In this document: in pieces, positions 58,137 to 64,000 of the stretch | Layout of the letters: the number at the start of each line of letters is the position of its first letter | Numbering within the stretch: the stretch's first letter is position 1 | Notes under the pieces: model-generated | Seen by the model: the letters and a program-made list of their open reading frames with translations, nothing else | Databases searched by the model: none | Told to the model about the DNA's origin: nothing | NCBI GenBank assembly: GCA_036744005.1 | Contig: DAINOJ010000013.1 | Location: 10 to 64,009, forward strand | DNA length: 64,000 nucleotides | From: Bacillota bacterium | GTDB taxonomy: Bacteria; Bacillota; JAAYKD01 | Direction: 5' to 3' | Translations under genes and position numbers: made by a program

Positions 58137-59576
58137 CTATTTTTTGGTTGGATCTCCGCCAGTCATGAAAACATACATATCATCGGTCATTTCTTGGATG
58201 TTCTCTTCGCCTAAATACGCCATATGGCCGGCTTTGTATCCCTTGACAAAGATTCGGTCTTTGGGTAAATCGGCATGATTTAAGGTGTAGTAGAGGATAC
58301 CAATTTGCGTGCAAATGTCATACCAGCCATTGACAAAGAAGGTGCGCATACCCGGGACACGCCTCATGGCGGTGCTCAAACTCATGGAAGTGTTACGGCC
58401 TTTAATGTCGTTGTTCCAATTCATATACAGGGAATGAGAGTTGACAAAATTGCGTTCCCACTGAATGTTCAGCATGGGGAAGACTTCGCCTTCCAACACC
58501 GATTGGAAAGCGGGGTTGTATTTGCCTTCGGCGGGGTCGTCACGCATACCCCATTGGGCTTCATCCAAACCGGGTTGAATGAGCGGACGGGTGATCCTGC
58601 CGTCTAGACGAGAGACATAACGACCTTTCTTGCGAGCCACTTGGGCGCGGAACTCCACATCGTCGACCTCTAAACCACGTTTCTCCAAGTATTCACGAGA
58701 AACGCCGGTGTAGTAGATGACTTTTTTTATAATATTTTCGCGAGCTTTTCCTTGTAGGGCTTCTCCTTGGTATAAAGCCAACAAATAATCGGTGTCGGCG
58801 AATTTTTTGGCTTCGGCAACAAATTCTTCAACCGTTTGGTTGGAAGGGTGATTATGATACCAGTGGGTCGCCGCTAAGGTGGGGAAAGCCAATACCGCTG
58901 GGTAAACCGGCTTTTTATCGCTGAAGTATTTGCCGGTAGAGACAGTGTTGCCAATCATGATGATGCCATCGAAAGCAACACTGTAAGCACGGTCAGAACC
59001 TACTGTGGAACCCATACCGGCCACAGTGGCAGCACGGGTGCAACCATAACTTTCGCCTACCATGTATTTGGGGCTTTGCCAACGATTGTAGCGAGCTAAC
59101 CACATTTGAATAAAGGTTAAAATCGCTTCGGCATCGGGTTCAATTCCCCAGAATTTTGCTTTGTATTCTTCGTTGAGCAAACGGCCAAAACCGGTGCCCA
59201 CAGGATCTATGACCACGATATCGGCGATATCGAGTAAACATTGGGCATTATCTACACCCTCATATGGTGGTAGTGGTATGCTGTCAGCATCAGCTTCTAC
59301 ATACTTGAGACGACGAGGGCTTAAAAAGCCAACATGAACCATCATAGAAGAAGTTCCAGGCCCACCGTTAAAACCAAAGAGAACCGGACGGGTCTTGGGG
59401 TCTTTGACATCGGATCGGAAGTACGAATAAGAGAAAATAGAAGCCATGGGTTTGCCATCGTCTGTGTAGAAAACATTGTCTTCACAGACGGTATGATATG
59501 GTACTTTGACACCGCGGAGAGTAATACTGCCCTCAGACGTAAAACGCGAAGGAGTAAAGACATCGGTTAACAGCAT
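58137..59576 (-). CDS. S10 family serine carboxypeptidase
   Basis: FNGGPGTSS, DPVGTG, GESYG, AGHMAY. Confidence 0.92.
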   Translation of the reverse strand: MLLTDVFTPSRFTSEGSITLRGVKVPYHTVCEDNVFYTDDGKPMASIFSYSYFRSDVKDPKTRPVLFGFNGGPGTSSMMVHVGFLSPRRLKYVEADADSIPLPPYEGVDNAQCLLDIADIVVIDPVGTGFGRLLNEEYKAKFWGIEPDAEAILTFIQMWLARYNRWQSPKYMVGESYGCTRAATVAGMGSTVGSDRAYSVAFDGIIMIGNTVSTGKYFSDKKPVYPAVLAFPTLAATHWYHNHPSNQTVEEFVAEAKKFADTDYLLALYQGEALQGKARENIIKKVIYYTGVSREYLEKRGLEVDDVEFRAQVARKKGRYVSRLDGRITRPLIQPGLDEAQWGMRDDPAEGKYNPAFQSVLEGEVFPMLNIQWERNFVNSHSLYMNWNNDIKGRNTSMSLSTAMRRVPGMRTFFVNGWYDICTQIGILYYTLNHADLPKDRIFVKGYKAGHMAYLGEENIQEMTDDMYVFMTGGDPTKK

Positions 59577-59782
59577 GGTGATTCCTCCTAGATGTTACTT
59601 AATCGGACCAAAGCCCGTCGAATTCATTATACGAGCCTTGTGCAGAAATGGCAAGATGCAAATGTCATAAAGTTCTTTAGAATTCTTAGAGAAGGTTTTC
59701 AATGGGCAGCAGGAATTCTAAGCACTCATACCAAATTGTATGCCATATTGTGCGATTCCACGAGGAAAGAAGGCGTCGGTTC

Positions 59783-61108
59783 ATGCCGTTTCTGTTTGCT
59801 TTATCGGTTCTCATTGGCTCGATTTTATTCTGTGTGATTTTTGGTTTTACGATTTTGTACGGTTTGTCGGCAGGAGCCATTGCCTTTTTTGTTGCGGCTC
59901 TTTGGAAAGGTCATACGTTGCAAGAGATTGTTCCAATGATGGGGCGTGGGATTCGCGATTCGTTCATTGTCATCCGTATTTTGCTTCTCATAGGCGCAAT
60001 GACCGGGATATGGAGGATCAGTGGAACCATTCCCTACTTGGTTTATTATGGCATACAGCTAATTGCACCCAAAACATTCCTTTTGTTAGCATTTCTTCTG
60101 GCTTCTGCAGTCTCTTATCTCATTGGTACGAGTATTGGTACTTGTGGGACCATAGGGGTAGTGCTAATGGTCTTGGCGAAGGCGGGTGATGTGAATTTGT
60201 TTATGACCGCAGGTGCGGTGATCTCGGGAGCGTATTTTGGCGATCGTGCCAGCCCTGCGTCCAGTTGCGCCAATTTGGTGGCGTTTCTTACTTCAACTGA
60301 ATTATATGAGAATGTAAAGAAGATGCTTCGCAATACGGTCTTACCGATGCTCATGGTTACAGCATCGTATGCTGGGTTGTCATTGCTTTTTCCTTTGCAA
60401 GCCACATCTCAATCGATGAGTGCCGATATCGCTGCCCATGTGACCCTATCTCCTTGGCTTTTGTTGCCGGTTGTGGTCATTCTTATCGCACCTTTCTTAA
60501 AAGTTCTCATTCGTAACGCTATGGCAGTGAGTATTGTGTTAGGGGCCGGCTTAGGCCTTTGGATTCAAAAAATCGAACCGGCAGCCATACTGAAAGCATT
60601 ATTGACAGGTTTCACCACGGATGTCGAGATCCTCAAAATGTTCCAAGGTGGCGGGGTGATGAGTATGAAAAATGCCATCCTTATCATTTTGATTTCTGCT
60701 ACATTCTCCGGTATCCTCAAAGGAACCGATATGCTCAGCGATATTTGGGAACGATTAGAGGGCTGGGCAAAACGCTTTGGCGTGTTTCCGGTCATGGCTT
60801 TTACCAGTATTCCGGTGTCAGCCATTGCCTGTAATCAAACCCTATCTTTAATATTGGAAGCTCAGTTGATTAAACCGATTTATCAGACCCGCCAATTGTC
60901 TAATTCGCAAATGATGCTTGACATGTCCAACTCCACCGTGACGATTGCCGGATTGATTCCTTGGAACACGGCTTGTGCGATACCTTTATCCTTGCTGGGA
61001 GTCTCCTTTGCAGCCATTCCATGGGCCTTTTATTTGTGGCTGTTACCGGTATTAGGGGTGCTTCAATTTGCTATTTCCGACAAGAAGGATATAAAACACT
61101 CAGCTTGA
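59783..61108 (+). CDS. NhaC-family transporter
   Basis: GTSIGTCGTIG, SGAYFGDRASPASS, GLIPWN; hydrophobic. Confidence 0.88.
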   Translation: MPFLFALSVLIGSILFCVIFGFTILYGLSAGAIAFFVAALWKGHTLQEIVPMMGRGIRDSFIVIRILLLIGAMTGIWRISGTIPYLVYYGIQLIAPKTFLLLAFLLASAVSYLIGTSIGTCGTIGVVLMVLAKAGDVNLFMTAGAVISGAYFGDRASPASSCANLVAFLTSTELYENVKKMLRNTVLPMLMVTASYAGLSLLFPLQATSQSMSADIAAHVTLSPWLLLPVVVILIAPFLKVLIRNAMAVSIVLGAGLGLWIQKIEPAAILKALLTGFTTDVEILKMFQGGGVMSMKNAILIILISATFSGILKGTDMLSDIWERLEGWAKRFGVFPVMAFTSIPVSAIACNQTLSLILEAQLIKPIYQTRQLSNSQMMLDMSNSTVTIAGLIPWNTACAIPLSLLGVSFAAIPWAFYLWLLPVLGVLQFAISDKKDIKHSA

Positions 61109-61130
61109 ATTGTAAATAGGAAAGGATGGG

Positions 61131-61577
61131 GTGATGCCAATGAAATTTTACGAAGGTGCTAAACCAGGAAGAACCATCGTGGTTCGCTTGAATCCCGGTG
61201 AGTATGTGATGCAGAATCTCAAGAAGGTCATCGAAGAAGCCAACCTATCAGATGGGTATATTGCATCGGGTATTGCCAGCTTCGATGAATGCCGCCTAAA
61301 GTTTGCTGTTCATTGTAACCAACCTCCCGAATTTGTCTATCCCGAGTGGAAGAATCACCCATTGGAAGTGGTTTCGATACAGGGTTTTATTGCGGATTCT
61401 CTTCCGCACATTCATGTCGTGATTTCTGACCAACACGGAGCATACGCGGGGCATTTGGAAGAAAGCCGTATTTTGTATGTAGGTGAAATTGTCATTCAGG
61501 AATTAGTCGGGCAAGTGTTTACTCGCGAACCCATTAGCCCCTACTTGAACCAGATTATCGAGAAGATACATCCATAA
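61131..61577 (+). CDS. PPC/DUF296 domain protein
   Basis: RLNPGE, SGIAS, LEVVSIQG, HIHVVISD...AGHL. Confidence 0.88.
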   Translation: MMPMKFYEGAKPGRTIVVRLNPGEYVMQNLKKVIEEANLSDGYIASGIASFDECRLKFAVHCNQPPEFVYPEWKNHPLEVVSIQGFIADSLPHIHVVISDQHGAYAGHLEESRILYVGEIVIQELVGQVFTREPISPYLNQIIEKIHP

Positions 61578-61589
61578 AGGAGAATGTTT

Positions 61590-62063
61590 ATGGCACGTTT
61601 AGACATCAATACCAAAGCACCGGATTTCATGTTGCCCGATTTAAATGGCAAAGTGTTCCAGCTATCCGAGTATATCGGCAAAAAGCATGTTTTGGTTGTC
61701 TTTAATCGGGGATTTATTTGACCGTTTTGCCAAAAGCATATGGCGCAGTTGCGTCAAGAATTTGATTTATTTTCCCAAAGAGATACCATCATCGTGGTAG
61801 TGGGTCCCGAGAATGCCGCTAATTTCCAGTCGTACTGGGAGAAGAACCAGCTGCCTTTTATTGGGTTGCCAGATGAACAAAAGAAAGTTTTGAATTTGTA
61901 TGGTCAAGAAGTGGTTTTTCTAAAGCTAGGTAGAATGCCGGCTCAGATGCTCATTGACAAACAAGGGATCTTGAGGTTCGCTCATTATGGGAACTCCATG
62001 CAAGATATTCCCGAAGGGAAAGAGCTTCTAGACCTGTTGGATGACATTCAAAAAGAATCTTAA
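61590..62063 (+). CDS. AhpC/TSA-type redoxin, probable selenoprotein (UxxC)
   Basis: RBS AAGGAG, ATG 61590, APDFMLPDLNG...VFNRGFI-TGA(61719)-PFC in frame with the track's ORF 61740-62063; hairpin TGGCGC-AGTT-GCGTCA at 61741-61756. Confidence 0.85.
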
Positions 62064-62084
62064 AACCGAACAGGAGGGGAATGT

Positions 62085-63548
62085 ATGCTCGATATTCTGA
62101 TTCTCAATGGAACCGTGATTACAGTCGATGCCAAACACCAAGTCTTTCAACCCGGATTTGTGGCGATTCAAGGGGATTCGATTGTCCACATGGGTCCCAT
62201 GGAGGCGATGCCTGAAGGTTTGATCGCCAAGAAGACCATTGATGCTACTGGATTAGCGGTGATGCCCGGACTCATCGATGGGCACGGTCATGCCGGACAT
62301 TGCTTGTTGAAAACCATGGCTGAAAGTAGCGATACGGCCACCGGCGGTTGGTGGGGTAACATGGCGGAAGACATTTATTTTCACTATACCGACGAATTTT
62401 TCTGGCATGCAGAAGGAGCGTTGGCGGCAGCAGAACGTTTAAAATTCGGTATCACCACGGGCGTATCCATGTTGGGGAGCACCCCACGACCTGACCACAT
62501 TCCTTTATTGGAAGCCCACTTCGCCGGGTCGATCAAGACGGGTATTCGTCAAATTTCCGGTATTGGCTCTTGTGAAGGCCCTTGGCCAAAGAAACCCTGG
62601 ATATGGAATCATGGCAAACCGACCGAAACCACGTTTACTCCGGAGCAAATGGTCGAAAACACGGAGTATAGTGTCAAACATTTAAATGGTAAACATAAAA
62701 GACAATTTTGCGTCGTCGCTCCAGGAAATTTAGGGATTAGCGAAGCCAATAGTGATACACGTGAGTTTGCCATTTGGAAAAACAAAGCCATGGGACGCAT
62801 CGCCAAAGAATACCAGGTGCCTTTACATACCCATGTCTATGGTGAAGGGTTACAGTTTGTGTATGATACAACCCCCGAGATTTTGGGACCCACGACTTCG
62901 TTGACCCACTCCACTAAGTTAAGCAAACAAGAAATCCAAATCTTTGCCGATACCGGAGCCGTTTTGTTCCACGGTCCTACCACCAGAGCCAATATCAAGA
63001 ATCGTTGCCCGGTCTATGAGGTCCTTAGGGCGGGTGGAGAAGTAGTCATTGTCACCGATGGTACCGCTCCCGACCGGAGTTACGACATTTGGCGCGATAT
63101 GAAGATTTTCCAAGTTTTGCACCGCGGTCGTGAAAACGACACACTAATAGCTCCTCCAGGTAGAGTGTTGGAGATGTGTAGTATTCGGGTGGCCAAGGCG
63201 TTTGGCATGGAAAAGTTGATTGGCTCGTTAGAAGTAGGAAAGAGAGCAGATGTCATCATTATCAATACACAACAACCTCATTTGGCTCCGTTTGGAATCA
63301 TGCCGGTCCAACGAGTGGTATATCATGCACAAGGTCAAGATGTGGACACCGTGATCGTTGATGGAGAAGTGATGATGGAGAACCGCAAACTATTGCATTG
63401 CGATGAGAAGCAAATTTTGCGAGATGCTGAAAAAGCATTGGAGCAATTGTATTCCCGTTTGGGTGAGGAGAAAGTTCGTGCCTTTACCGCTTACGAAGAC
63501 CTGTATGAGATTCGTGCCAAGGCCGCTCCCAATCCTTATGCAAAATAG
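62085..63548 (+). CDS. amidohydrolase family protein (AtzA/SAH-deaminase-like)
   Basis: PGLIDGHGH, LHTH, THST, VTDG, GSLEVGKRADVI. Confidence 0.9.
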   Translation: MLDILILNGTVITVDAKHQVFQPGFVAIQGDSIVHMGPMEAMPEGLIAKKTIDATGLAVMPGLIDGHGHAGHCLLKTMAESSDTATGGWWGNMAEDIYFHYTDEFFWHAEGALAAAERLKFGITTGVSMLGSTPRPDHIPLLEAHFAGSIKTGIRQISGIGSCEGPWPKKPWIWNHGKPTETTFTPEQMVENTEYSVKHLNGKHKRQFCVVAPGNLGISEANSDTREFAIWKNKAMGRIAKEYQVPLHTHVYGEGLQFVYDTTPEILGPTTSLTHSTKLSKQEIQIFADTGAVLFHGPTTRANIKNRCPVYEVLRAGGEVVIVTDGTAPDRSYDIWRDMKIFQVLHRGRENDTLIAPPGRVLEMCSIRVAKAFGMEKLIGSLEVGKRADVIIINTQQPHLAPFGIMPVQRVVYHAQGQDVDTVIVDGEVMMENRKLLHCDEKQILRDAEKALEQLYSRLGEEKVRAFTAYEDLYEIRAKAAPNPYAK

Positions 63549-63569
63549 AGAAAAAAGAGGAGGAGTCGG

Positions 63570-63917
63570 ATGTCTGTAAAACACATCAATGAGATGAAAG
63601 AGGTAGTCTACAACAGCAATGGAGCACAAGCCGTGCACAAGAAATCCATGATTGGACCTTGGAATGGATGGGAAGATTATGTGATGCGTTTCTTCGAAAT
63701 TGAACCCGGTGGCTTTACTCCGAAGCATCAACACCCCTGGCCCCAGTATATGTTTGTCATGGAGGGGGACGGGTTGATCGATTGGGGAGAGCAAGAAGAG
63801 AAGCTGCAATTTGGTCATTCCATTGTGGTTCCCGATAATGCCTTACATCAAATCAAAAACGTGGGCGATCGACCCTTGCGCTTTATATGCGTGGTTCCCC
63901 CGCGAGGAGATTTATAA
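63570..63917 (+). CDS. cupin domain protein
   Basis: PGGFTPKHQHPWPQYMFVMEGDG...VPDNALHQIKN. Confidence 0.92.
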   Translation: MSVKHINEMKEVVYNSNGAQAVHKKSMIGPWNGWEDYVMRFFEIEPGGFTPKHQHPWPQYMFVMEGDGLIDWGEQEEKLQFGHSIVVPDNALHQIKNVGDRPLRFICVVPPRGDL

Positions 63918-63924
63918 AAAAAAA

Positions 63925-63953
63925 GAGGTTGCCTTTCACAAAAAGGCAACCTC
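63925..63953. terminator. terminator hairpin
   Basis: GAGGTTGCCTTT/AAAGGCAACCTC preceded by an A-run. Confidence 0.7.
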
Positions 63954-64000
63954 TCAGACTGTCAAAGAACGCTGTGTCTCGAAACGGAGAAGCAGCGTTC

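Noticed and set aside
45547-61721. Alternative genetic code (UGA as Trp or Gly)
   Set aside because: Many intact genes end in TGA and use TGG for Trp; only two in-frame TGAs were found, both at Cys-type positions
159-63818. Numerous 60-200 aa ORFs antisense to or overlapping the called genes
   Set aside because: Shadow ORFs without RBS or motifs, lying on well-supported genes

Overview
This window from an anaerobic bacterium with Bacillota-type RBS and promoters has an accessory island of about 36.7 kb on the left and mostly ordinary chromosomal genes on the right. The island starts with the tail of a prophage/ICE-like element (HTH-Zn protein, SHOCT-like peptide, two tandem large serine recombinases). 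Next is an AT-rich, divergently transcribed RiPP-like locus (about 3.7-14.1 kb). It has two radical SAM/SPASM enzymes, each paired with its own Cys-containing small peptide: a 33-aa ORF missing from the ORF track and a 46-aa six-Cys ORF. It also has an XRE-HTH/helical-repeat regulator, three RimJ/RimL-type GNAT-fold proteins, an orphan gene, a LolD/FtsX-type ABC exporter and a DegV fatty-acid-binding protein. A defence block follows: complete type 1 BREX, a PLD-nuclease/P-loop fusion, a diverged second brxL 3' end, an IS21 remnant, an Abi (HEPN) gene with a promoter-hairpin leader, and a fused HNH/terminase-small-subunit phage remnant. After that come an AAA/DUF4143 ATPase and an APH-like kinase. 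These blocks are punctuated by three direct copies of a structured non-coding element that shows compensatory base changes. The right half has a GlmL-like trio, an MFS transporter, a WG-repeat lipoprotein, HipBA, a GGDEF protein, an FMN glutamate-synthase-like protein, a Cthe_2159/VTC/DUF4956/two-component cluster, an S10 peptidase, an NhaC-like transporter, an amidohydrolase and a cupin. Two genes carry in-frame TGA codons: a redoxin with a UxxC motif (probable selenoprotein) and a TfoX-like gene with TGA at a Cys-type position. The best candidates for undescribed biology are the dual-precursor rSAM/GNAT/DegV locus, the repeat-punctuated island and the BREX-linked PLD-ATPase. Family calls rest on motif recognition only; no database searches were run.
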